64,000 nucleotides of DNA, from assembly GCA_039621445.1 (NCBI GenBank), contig CP154954.1, positions 18,072,589 to 18,136,588 of the forward strand, given 5' to 3'. Below the pieces are notes generated by a model. The model saw nothing but the letters and a program-made list of their open reading frames with translations, did no database searches and was not told where the DNA came from. Position 1 is the first letter of the stretch. Each line of letters opens with the position of its first letter. Below, piece by piece: positions 38,102-49,078 of this stretch. The translations under genes and the position numbers were made by a program. The DNA is from Euglena gracilis (Eukaryota).

Positions 38102-40054
38102 AAGCCCCTTTTTTCGACCCCCCCCTTAGTGACCCCCCCCCTAAGTGACCCTTCGGGGGGGTCCTGGCCGAGACAAGATGGGGGTCATTTGGGGGGGGTA
38201 ATTGTAATTCCCGTTCCTTTCCGAGTGTCCATTGTTTGACATATCGCATGATGGCTGAGAAGTGAAAACTTTGGACGGGTTCAAGTTACAAGAGCTGTTA
38301 TCTATATCGAGAATTGTGTCCCAAACGCCAGTTCGGATGTGAAACCTGTGCCTGGGACGTCGGTTCCGGGGTTACCGCCCGGTAGCCCGGTAGCCCGAAC
38401 CGGCGTCCCAGGCACATGTTTCACGCCCGAACCGGCGTCTGGGACACAGTTTTTGAAACCGTGGCTAGTGGGCTCCGGTTTCACGCCCGAACCGGCGGCT
38501 GAGGAATCACGGCCAATTTCGCCCAAAATACCCATGTTTGGGGCAGTTTTGGGCTACTTTGGCCCAAATGGGCCGCCGGTCAAAAATGGCAGATTACACA
38601 CTTATGAAGCCATGTTACCCATTAATCGAAAGCTCTTCTCAAGGGCTTTCGACAGATGGCCATAGGATTCGGCGGCTCCCGGACCTGGCCTGGGGGGGGG
38701 TAGTGGGCCGACCCTAGGGTCGGCCCAATACGACCCCAGGGTCGCTAGGGTCGCTAAAGTCGTTAAGGTCGACCCCCCCCCCACAGGATGTGGAGTCTAG
38801 GGTCGGCCCACCCCACGACCTCGCCCGCCCCCAAAAAAATGTGGAGAATATTTTTTGCCCATTTGAACAGGAATTGAAGTTGGACTTGATGTCGTTTTGG
38901 GGGGCAAGTCCCTTGTGTTTTCAAATTGTTTTGGGGGGCAAATCCCTTGTGTTGTCCAACCGATCGAGGGCCCCAAAATAATAAAATCCCTTGTGTCTCC
39001 AAGTTGTTTTGGGGGGCAAGTCCCTTGTGTTTTCAAGTTGTTTTGGGGGGCAAATCCCTTGTGTTGTTCAACCGATTGAGGGCCCCAAAATAATAAAATC
39101 CCTTGTGTCTCTCTTGTGTTTCCAAGTTGTTTTGGGGGGCAAATCCCTTGTGTTGTTCAACCGATCGAGGGCCCCAAAATAATAAAATCCCTTGTGTCTC
39201 CAAGTCGTTTTGGGGGGCAAGTCCCTTGTTTTTTCAAATCGTTTTGTGGGCAAAATCCCTTGTGTTTCCAACTGATCGAGGGCCCCAAAATAATAAAATC
39301 CCTTGTGTCTCCAAGTCGTTTTGGGGGGCAAGTCCCTTGTGTTTTCAAATCGTTTTGGGGGGCAAATCCCTTGTGTTGTCCAACTGATCGAGGGCCCCAA
39401 AATAATAAAATCCCTTGTGTCTCCAAGTCGTTTTGGGGGGCAAGTCCCTTGTGTTTCCAAGTTGTTTTGGGGGGCAAATCCCTTGTGTTGTTCAACCGAT
39501 CGAGCTCCCCAAAATAATAAAATCCCTTGTGTCTCCAAGTCGTTTTGGGGGGCAAGTCCCTTGTGTTTTCAAATCGTTTTGTGGGGCAAATCCCTCGTGT
39601 TTCCAACTGATCGAGGGCCCCAAAATAATAAAATCCCTTGTGTCTCCAAGTCGTTTTGGGGGGCAAGTCCCTTGTGTTTTCAAATCGTTTTGGGGGGCAA
39701 ATCCTTGTGTTGTCCAACTGATCGAGGGCCCGAAAATAGTAAAATACCTTGTGTCTCCAAGTCGGTTTGGGGGGCAAGTCCCTGGTGTTTCCAAGTTGTT
39801 TTGGGGGGCAAATCCCTTGTGTTGTTCAACCGATCGAGCTCCCCAAAATAATAAAATCCCTTGTGTCTCCAAGTGCCTTGTGTTTTCAAGTCGTTTTGGG
39901 GGGCAAATCCCTTGTGTTGTCCAACTGATCGAGGGCCCCAAAATAATAAAATCCCTTGTGTCTCCAAGTGGTTTTGGGGGGCAAATCCCTTGTGTTTCCA
40001 AGTTGTTTTGGGGGGCAAATCCCTTGTGTTGTTCAACCGATCGAGGGCCCCAAA

Positions 40055-41854
40055 GGAGGCGGACGGACGGACGGACGGACGGCTGGTGAAAAAAGCGAAG
40101 GTCCGGACGGACGGCTGACCTTGTGGGCTTGGTCCAGACGGCTGAAGAAAATGCACTTGGTCCAGCTAGCCGGCTAGCCGGCTGGCCGGCCCGAGTCCTT
40201 GTAAGCGCAGGCGTCTCAGTGCACGCGACTCTGGAGCTGGGGTGCTGCTAGCCTGGCCACATCTGGCTAGCCGCGGCCAGCCGCGGCTGGCTGGCAAAAA
40301 AAAGGAGGAGGTCTGGCCAGCCAAGATTTGGTGTTCTGTCCCGAAACTTTCTTCCGCTTCATTTTGTTGGACTAGTCCTTTTTTTCTTTTGATATTGAGA
40401 AGTGTATCGTGCACACAGTGTAGTTGGTGCAGCATGCAGTTCGGAACTGTCAGGTCGCGGGTTCAAACCCCGCTGTGTGCAACAAGTTTTCCTCACTTGA
40501 AACCGCCATCTACTGTCATTTTTTTTGAAGAAATTATGAATCACCCTCACGCAAAAAAATGCTTGCATTCCCAATTCTTCTCCTTCAGTGTCACAATGCC
40601 GTTTCGGGTGGAAGCGGTGTGGGATAGTTATGATGAAAGTACAGGGTACTGAAATGAAGTGAAAATACAGGAACTTATTGCTTTATGGAGGCCACATCAC
40701 CACATGCAGGCCACTCAGGCCTTTGCTCTGAACAAATCCACATTCGATCGAGCAGAGGCCTGCCTGCAACACGGTGACAGGCCCTTGGTGGGTCTACTTA
40801 TTTTCTGCTACTTGCTACTTGCATCACAAGTTTCAAGTCTGAAGACAGATTTCACAGACATTTTGTCCTTAGATGCTGGTTTTCTTCTGAAACTTCAATT
40901 TTTATTTCTTGCGTTCTTTATTTGCTGTTCGACAAATGTTGTTGGAAACCAAAAAATTGGGGGAGAAGTTTTTCAATCTGGCAAACGGCCCAAAATTTTG
41001 CATTTCACATTTTTTGCGATGTCATGGTTTTTTTTTTGGGCCGGATGTGGTGGCCAGTTTTGGGCCAGATGTTCTATCCAGTTTTGGGCTAGATGTGGTG
41101 GCCAGTTTTGGGCCACAGGATTCTCTCAGGAAGGAGTTGTTTGGGTGCCATTCTCTTGGAAAGGGGGGGGGGCAGAAAAGCGTTTTGTTTCCGTTTTTTT
41201 TTTTGGCAAAATATGTGTTGTTCAACGAGAAAAATGTCAGTAAAATTTGACTGTGCCAAAAGTTTGTTTACTTTATTGACCTTCGTTTATTTCACCTCCT
41301 CAAAAGTATGAGCTTTTAGGACGGAAAATTTTGAGGTTTTTTGTGAAAAAAGTTTTTTTCCATCAAAAATCACGTGTTTTTGGGTTTTATTTTCCAAAAA
41401 ACTTTTCTGGGCAAAATCCCCGTTTTCCCGAAAACGGTGAAAATGTTGTGGTGGGTGTGGGGGGGGGGTCGACTTACCCCCCCTTCCGGTTCTTCCGGCG
41501 CAGTCTTTTGGTGCTGCCGTCATATGTTGAAGAAATGTTCATCCACCCGAAAAATAAATAGCATTGGACTCCCTGCAGGCGCACTCACGGCAATGCTGGA
41601 GCGTGCACAACAGGAAAAACCGAAGGGCAGGGACAATTTCTTGATTTGACGCGACGAGTGGAGGGAAGACGTGACTGCTTTTCGGAAGGAAGGAAATTTT
41701 TTTTTGGTCCGGCCGGCTGGCAAGAAAAACATTGGTCCGGCTTGACGGACGGCTGGCGAAAAAATGCTTCGTCCGGACGGACGGCTGGGCGTCCACCATT
41801 GGTCCGGCTGAAGAGGTCCGAACGGCTCGGACGGCTAGCCGGCCAACCGCCCCC
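40055..41854 (+). mobile_element. GGAC-repeat DNA element, type B copy 2, with different 1.4-kb cargo
   Basis: Ends GGAGGCGG...CCGCCCCC; TSD AAA confirmed against the interrupted satellite unit GGGCCCCAAAATAATAA. Confidence 0.85.
40411..40481 (+). tRNA. tRNA-Pro(CGG)-like sequence, probably a pseudogene (connector bases missing)
   Basis: GCACACA/TGTGTGC acceptor, GCAG TTCGGAA CTGT anticodon arm, GCGGG TTCAAAC CCCGC T-arm. Confidence 0.6.
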
Positions 41855-42129
41855 AAAATAATAAAATCCCTTGTGTCTCCAAGTCGTTTTGGGGGGCAAG
41901 TCCCTTGTGTTTCCAAGTTGTTTTGGGGGGCAAATCCCTTGTGTTGTTCAACCGATTGAGGGCCCCAAAATAATAAAATCCCTTGTGTCTCCAAGTCGTT
42001 TTGGGGGGCAAGTCCCTGGTGTTTCCAAGTCGTTTTGGGGGGCAAATTGTTGTCCAACTGATCGAGGGCCCAAAAATAATAAAACCCCTTGTGTCTCCAA
42101 GTCGTTTTGGGGGGCAAATCCCTTGTGTT

Positions 42130-42800
42130 CAGGGTTGACGTTTTTTTTGTTTTTTTTTAAAAAAACAAAAAAACATGTTTTTTTAAAAAAAACGCAAAAA
42201 AAACATGTTTTTTTTGAAAAAGCAAAAATTGACCTTTTTCCTTGCGAAATGACCATTTTTTTGAAGAAAATTTTTCGCGGGTAGTTCGGGTCACGGGGGG
42301 GGGTCACGGGGGGGTCACAGGGGGGGGGGGTCACGAGGGGGGGTCACATTTTCGGTGGCCAGATTAGAAATCACCGAAAACGAATTTTTGGGGGAAAATC
42401 CTTTTTAGGCTCCAAAATAGGAATCCCCCAAACGAAAATTAGGAAATCTACCGGAATATTTTGGCATCACCGGCCAAGTTTTTCAGAAAAAATGGCCGAA
42501 CCGGGTCTTAGGTCGGGTTGGGGGAGGGGGGTCAAGGGGGGAACACCCCCTGTGAAGTTTTTTTTTCAAATGTGTGAAAGTATTTCCAAATCTGTGTTTT
42601 CTGGTGCGAATAATCATGCTTTCAACCCAAAAAAATGAATGTTGTAGAGATAAAAAATGCACTTTTTCCCAAAAAAAACATTGCAAAATTTTTTCCCCCA
42701 AACCCTCCATGACGTTTTTTTTTGTTTTATTTAAAAAAACATATTTTTTTTAAAAAAACATGTTTTTTTTGTTTCAAAAAAAAACAAGCCGTCAACCTTG
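42130..42800. mobile_element. hAT-type MITE inserted in the satellite; related copy starts near 61693
   Basis: TIR CAGGGTTGACG/CGTCAACCTTG; perfect 8-bp TSD CTTGTGTT. Confidence 0.88.
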
Positions 42801-44264
42801 CTTGTGTTTCCAAGTTGTTTTGGGGGGCAAATCCCTTGTGTTGTTCAACCGATCCAAGGCCCCAAAATAATAAAATCCCTTGTGTCTCCAAGTCGTTTTG
42901 GGGGGCAAATCCCTTGTGGTTCCAAAACGTTTTGAGGGGTAAATCCGTTGTGTTGTTCAATTGATCGAGGGCCCAAAAATAATAAAATCCCTTGTGTCTC
43001 CAAGTCGTTTTGCGGGGCAAGTCCCTTGTGTTTTCAAATCGTTTTGGGGGGCAAATCCCTTGTGTTGCTCAACTGTTCAAGGGCCAAATCCCTTATGTCA
43101 TGTAGTGATTTTGGGGTGTATTTTGGCATCAGTAATCAATATTAATTTTTCTTAGTTTTGTTTTCTTTGTATTTGAAGGCCTAAAACATCAAAAAAAAGT
43201 CGAATTTTTTTTGATAGGGGCCGAGGTCGTGGGGTGGGCCGACCCTAGGGTCGACCTAGGGTCGGCCCACGACCCTAGGATGGGCGACCCTGGGGTCAGC
43301 CCACTGCGACCCTAGCGACCTTAGCGACTTTAGCGACCTTAGCGACCCTAGGGCCGTATTGGGCCGACCCTGGGGTCGGCCCACTACCCCCCCCCTCCAG
43401 GCCAGATCTACCCCCCGGATTCGGCCATAATGCAGCGCTTATTTTCAGCGATTGTGTATTCCAAAATTTGACATCCTAATTTGTTAAATCCCACAGCTCA
43501 GGTTGTATATTGCATATCAAACGAAAGGTCTCACCAACACCTTTCACTTGGTACCCACAGAACTCAACCAGATTGCAAATTGCAAAGCGCCCTCAAAATC
43601 AGCGATCGCATTTTTCCGCATTTTTCGGACCCCATTTGCATATCTGAAATTACACTTTTCAGCTGCCATGTTGCCCATCGATCGAAAGCTCTTCTCGAGG
43701 GCTTTCAGCAGATGGCCTTAGATTTCTGCCATGCTTTGTGGTATTCTATTTCAGAAAGTCTCCAAAATTGGCCAAAAGGAAATTTTCCTCAAAAACCCCA
43801 AATTTTTGGGCCAAGTCCACCCAAAAACTGCTCAAATGTGATTCCCACGTATCCACGAACCCTTTTGGACACTTTTTGGCACGTTTTATTTTGGGTCCCC
43901 CAGACGCCGGTTTCACGCCCGAACCGGCGTCTGGGACACCGGTTCGGCACAGAAATTTCCCGCCCGAACCGGCGTCCCAGACGCCGGTTCGGGCATGAAA
44001 CCGGAGCCCCCAGACACGGTTTCAAGTGTTTATCAAGTGCATGTTATTATGTTATTGAGATCAAGTTTCAACTTAAACCGTTTTTGAACCCGGCGTTTGA
44101 GACGCCGGGTTCAGGACAGAACCGGCGTCCCCCCCCCATGGGTTTTCCAGATGCTGGTTCTGTCCTAAAACCCGGCGTTATGAACGCCGGTTCTGTCCAA
44201 AACCCGGCGTCCGGTTTGGGACTGTTTTTTGTGCAAAAAAGTGTGCCAATGTGACCCCAGAAAC

Positions 44265-45453
44265 CAGCGGTGTAGAAACAACTTTTTCTCGGGGGGGGGG
44301 GCGAGATCCTGGGCCTGAAGCGAAGTTAGCGCCCGTCATAAACAGAAAAATTCCAAAAATAGCACCTTTTCAAAAATTTTCGGTGCCAAAGACGCCGAAA
44401 AGAATATCCCACTCCCCCTGGGGTGACCCCCCGGGGGGGGGGGGGCTTGGCGGGACCCCAATGTTCCCATTTTTTTGTTTTAAAAAAAGCAAAAAAAACT
44501 TTCATGAATAAAAAAAGGGTTTAAAAACGTTTTTTTGTTTTAAAAAGGGTGCTTTTTTAAAAGTAAACACCACAAATAGGAAAAAAACCTGTTATAAACA
44601 ACTTGTTTAAAAACAGCCCAGTAACCTTGCAGGACTCACCCCCCCCACCCCCCCCCCTGGGGTCCACGACGGAAAAAAACCCTGTTACCAATGTTGTTTG
44701 AATGTGTTGTTTTCTTTTTGCCGCCCGAAGGGCGGCGAGACGGTAGCACTTTTTTGAAAGAAGGCATTGAACGTAACAAAAAAATGTGGCAATTTTTTGA
44801 CATCATGCCAATTTGACATTTTGACACCATCACAATTTGAAAGCTTTCAAGCTGCCAGCGGGCGGAGACGGTGTTGCCTTTTGTGTTTTGGGATTTGAAA
44901 CGAGTGCAAAATGCGAAAAAGAGCCCTCTGTCCATTTTGTATTGAACAAAAAAAACATATTGCCGGCCGAAGGGCGGCTGGACGGCAGTGCAATTTTCCA
45001 AGAACATTCCCCAAAAAGAGCCAAATTTATCAACAGAATGGTTTGCTCTTTTAAAAAATTCAACATTAGAAGCCAAGTCAAGTTACATGTGTTTCCTGTT
45101 GCCACCCAAAGGGCGAGACGGGAGTGGAGATATTCACAAACAACAACTTCAGATTGGAAGAAGGAAAACTTTTTTCCCCTCTCTGACCATGAGTTTTGGG
45201 CTTGTTTGGCCGCCCAAAGGGCGGCAAGACGGTAGCGATGTCCAACAACAAAAACACCCAAAAGTTCAATGAAAAGTTGGGTTCTTAATCTGAAAGAATT
45301 TTTTCACAAAGTGCAAAAAATTTTTGGAGGGTAACTTTTTTCGGGGGGGGCAAAAAAGTTTTGAGTCAACCCACCTCGGGGGGGGGGGGCGAAAAAATCT
45401 CGGGGGGGGGGGGGGGCGGCCGCCCCCCCTGCCCCCCAGTTTCTACACCAATG
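44265..45453. mobile_element. hAT-type non-autonomous element, same family as 57214-57998
   Basis: TIR CAGCGGTGTAGAAAC/GTTTCTACACCAATG; TSD CCAGAAAC/GCAGAAAC. Confidence 0.8.
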
Positions 45454-45795
45454 GCAGAAACGAAAATCTCCTTGGCTGAAGGGGGATAAGAGGCACAATA
45501 TCATGGCTGAGCGCAAAATATCATGGATGTGGCGGCAAGTGTTTTGCAGTTTCTGAGGTGGGGGGAGGACTACTGGGCATACAGGGAGCCACAGCTGCAG
45601 CAATTATGGCCGAGCTCCTTGGCGATGAGGAGGGCACCGAGTTGTGCGGCGACTCCGGTGAACAGTGCCAAAGAGAGGCCCTGTTGTAGTCCATCAAGGA
45701 ACACGCTCCGCGCCCCACCGGAGGCCATGGCCCCAAGGCGACGCCGGAGCTCATCCCATACGCCGTGACTGTCTCGCCGAAGGACCCCCAGACGC

Positions 45796-46247
45796 CACAG
45801 CCGGCACTTCGTTTAAAACGAAGTAAAGAAAAAAACGTTTTCTTTAAAAAGAACATGTTTTTTTTAAAAAAAACAAAAAACGCCATTAAGGGTCCAGGGC
45901 AAAAAAATTTTTGCCTTTAATTTTAGCTTTTTTTGCCTATCCTCGGTCAGAGAAAGACACCAAATTTGGGATGTTTCAACCATAGCTGGCACTAGGACCT
46001 TGTTTGGAATGGTTTCAAGCCAAAATGGCGGAAAAATGCCCTATTTTGACCATTCTTGTTGAAGACAACCAAAAGTATTGGTTTTCAAGTCATTTGAGCT
46101 AAGATTGGTTCACCCTTGCGATCAAAGGCAAAATTTGGACCATCATTTTCCCCTTTGTTTTTTCCGTTTTTTTTGCCCGTTCTTTTTTTAATAAAAAACA
46201 AAAAAAAGTTTTTTTTAAAAAAAAACAAAAAAAAAACGCCAGCTATG
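45796..46247. mobile_element. hAT-type MITE in the minus-strand CRE element
   Basis: TIR CACAGCCGGC/GCCAGCTATG; perfect 8-bp TSD CCAGACGC. Confidence 0.85.
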
Positions 46248-46291
46248 CCAGACGCTGAGGATCAATGGGGAGAAGCCCCGTGCCTGGCAAC

Positions 46292-46602
46292 GAGGGGTAG
46301 ATTTATCCTGGGGGGGGGTAGTGGGGGTCGACCATGGTCGCTTTCGGTCGCCCTCGGTCGCCCTCGGTCGTGGGGGGGGGGTCGATGTCAAAATGTGCGC
46401 TACATGCAAAATTTGCGCAACATACAAGCAAAAGGCGTTACACACACAAGGGATTTTGTTATTTTAGGGCCCTGGAACAGTTGCCTACGCCGCTACATGG
46501 CAAAAAAGGTGGGAAAAAAATCAGTAGGAATCACCCATAGCGACCGAGAGCGACCATGGTCGACCCCCACTACCCCCCCCCCCCAGGCCAGATCCGGGAG
46601 CC
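46292..46602. mobile_element. Short MULE-like MITE of the same family, opposite orientation
   Basis: 9-bp TSD CCTGGCAAC; same terminal motifs. Confidence 0.82.
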
Positions 46603-46793
46603 CCTGGCAACGCGCCCCATACTTGGCCGTCTTTTTCTGGGCCCGGCCGCGCAGGAGCTCCGATGAGGCGGGCAAGCTCCAAGCAGCACTGGGTGGTGAG
46701 GGGTGATTGAAGCCCACGTCGATGGCCCACGAGGCAGCCCCCGACCAATGTGGCAGAAAGGTATCCACATCACGCTTCTGATCTGCAGCCACA

Positions 46794-47473
46794 GGGGGAG
46801 GACGGACGGACGGACGGACGGCTGGTGAAAAAAGCGAAGGTCCGGACGGACGGTTGACCTTGTGGGCTTGGTCCAGACGGCTGAAGAAAATGCACTTGGT
46901 CCAGCTAGCCGGCCGGGTCTTTGGAACCGCAGGCGTAAACCACAATCGCGTAGATCGCCAACCGGAAGTAACGGTCCAGATCTGGGTTGCAGACAACATG
47001 TCAGATCTACAGTACGATGTCCGCTGAGCTGCCCCGTACTGCAAGGTTCGTATCAGAGGTGATGCACGGGCCTATTTTTGTGGTATTTATCATTCAACCT
47101 CAAGATGATTATTTCCAAGTGGCTACAGTGACCTCCTTGCGTACTCAACTCATCCTCCGAGAATGATATCACCCTTCATGGTATAGCGGTCGTGTGGTTA
47201 GCGTGTGACCGGTAGATCGCGGGTTCGAATCCCGCCGGGGGGCAGCTTCGTGTTTTTCCTGATTTGACGCGACGAGTAGAGGGAAGCTGTGACTGCTTTT
47301 CGGAAAGGAAGGAATTTTTTTTTTGGTCCGGCCGGCTGGCAAGACAGACATTGGTCCGGCTTGACGGACGGCTGGCGAAAAAATTCTTCGTCCGGACGGA
47401 CGGCTGGGCGTCCAGCATTGGTCCAGCTGAAGAGGTCCGGACGGCTCGGACGGCTAGCCGGCCAGCCGCCCCC
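46794..47473 (+). mobile_element. GGAC-repeat DNA element, type B copy 3, inserted in the minus-strand CRE endonuclease region
   Basis: TSD ACA at 46791-46793 and 47474-47476; removal restores LEISVAADQKRDVD. Confidence 0.88.
47171..47243 (+). pseudogene. Copy of the 37800-37871 tRNA-like sequence with a mutated acceptor stem
   Basis: Same sequence except CCCTTCA in the 5' acceptor strand. Confidence 0.55.
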
Positions 47474-48401
47474 ACAGAAATCTCGAGAGCATGGCGGATC
47501 CCCCGGGCCTGCAGCTGGGCACCCAGAAAGTGTTGAACCGGTGGTGGCGCTCCCACAACTTGTTCTTGTGGCAGCACAGAGCGTGATCCCCAAAGGGATC
47601 CACCACCTGCCCGCAACCCAAGGGGCAGGGTGAACCTGCCAGGCTCAACGGGATGATGCAACCCCAGATGCCACTTCATCATCAGGCGAAACGATGCACC
47701 GTCCACGGCAAACCCGGCAGCCAGAGGGGCGAGCCCCGATCCAGCTCGAGCACGGGGGTGGGCCGGGTCACGGGGGGGGTCACGGGGGGGGTCACGGGGG
47801 GGATATGGCCTCCTCTTCAATGTTTCCGGCTTCCGAGACATTTGAAAAAAAATACTGAAAGCAGTTGTGATTGAAGCACGTGCGTTTGCGGACCCCAAAA
47901 TCGGGGGGTGTTCAAATCCGGGTCACGGGGGGGTCACGGGGGGGGGGGTCACGGGGGGTCACGGGGACGACACTCCAATGGAAGAACTCTGATGCTCAAA
48001 GCGGACCCGGTCTCGGTCGTTCAAGGTCGTGAGGAATGCCGGACGTGCTGCTTGGCGCAGCTGATCGCTCCACCATGCCTGATCGTGGTGGGTGGTGTCG
48101 TCAGGGGTCAAGGCGCCGTTTCCTGCCCATCTCCGCACTGGCTCGAGGCATCCCCCAAGTGCTTTTGCAGCCCGGAGAGTAGATCGTTTAATCCGTCAAT
48201 GGGGGCGTGAGGACGGACGGACGGACGGACGGACGGACGGACGGATGGCTAGAGAAAATTCCTTTCATCTGGACGGACGGCTGGACAGCATTTTGGTCTG
48301 GACGGACGGACGGCTAGGTTGGTCTCAAAATCGCGAAACATCTCGGCTTTTCCTACCGGGCTTGCAAGGACGAGACGAACAAACATAACAACAAAAAAAA
48401 G

Positions 48402-48473
48402 AGATCTTACCCGGGTTCGAACCGAGATTGTGGGAACCATAATCCCACGTGCTGGCCACTGCACTATAAGACC
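48402..48473 (-). tRNA. tRNA gene with anticodon ATG and Gln-like body, inside a type A element
   Basis: Full cloverleaf GGTCTTA-TA-GTGC AGTGGCCA GCAC-G-TGGGA TTATGGT TCCCA-CAAT-CTCGG TTCGAAC CCGGG-TAAGATC-T, followed by a T-run terminator. Confidence 0.75.
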
Positions 48474-49078
48474 GATGAATGAAACTGAAAATAAGAGCCA
48501 TGTAAAAAGTGCCGAGCCTTTCCTTTTTTTTCATCCATCGCATTCTGAGGCATTTTTTTTTCTTCAGGACACACGATTAGATGTGCAGTGGTGGAGCGAA
48601 CCGAATCCACCCACCAGTGGCACAGCGTTTTGTCCTTTGGCCGCCTTGGAGCTGGGGTACCACCCCCCCCCCCTTTATTGTCCCACCGACCTGCCCCCGG
48701 GAGGCCCGACTGGACAATAAAGGGGGGGGGACAATAAAGGGGTACCAAAGGAATTTCATTGGCCGGGCCAAAAAAACCCCCCGTCGGCCGGGGCCCAGGG
48801 ACAATAAAGGGGGGGGGACAATAAAGGGGGGGGGGGGTGGTATCTGGCTAGCCGCGGCTGGCCGCGGCTGGCTGGCTGGCAAAAAAAAGGAGGAGGTCTG
48901 GCCAGCCATGGCCAGCCACGGCTGGCTGGGGCGATTTAGAGGAGGAGGAGGTCTGGCTGGATATAGTTTTGAGGAACTGAAAGAGGAGGAGGAGGTCTGG
49001 CTGGCCGCGATGAGAAATTGGCTGAAGGGTAAGCCCCGCGATCCGGGCAAGTCCTGATTCAGGGTTTTTTCTGCACAA

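Larger units (their letters stand above)
38890..43095. repeat. Tandem satellite with ~112-bp higher-order unit built from ~34-bp subrepeats; interrupted at 40055-41854 and 42130-42800
   Basis: Recurring GAGGGCCCCAAAATAATAAAATCCCTTGTGT and TTTTGGGGGGCAA(A/G)TCCCTTGTGT. Confidence 0.92.
38674..43416. mobile_element. MULE-like element with long TIRs, containing an internal satellite and two nested insertions
   Basis: Long TIRs (CTGGCCTGG(G)nTAGTGGGCCGACCC...); 9-bp TSD GGATTCGGC. Confidence 0.82.

Noticed and set aside
38890-43095. CRISPR-like appearance of the regular repeat array
   Set aside because: No unique spacers and no cas genes; it is a tandem satellite in eukaryotic DNA.
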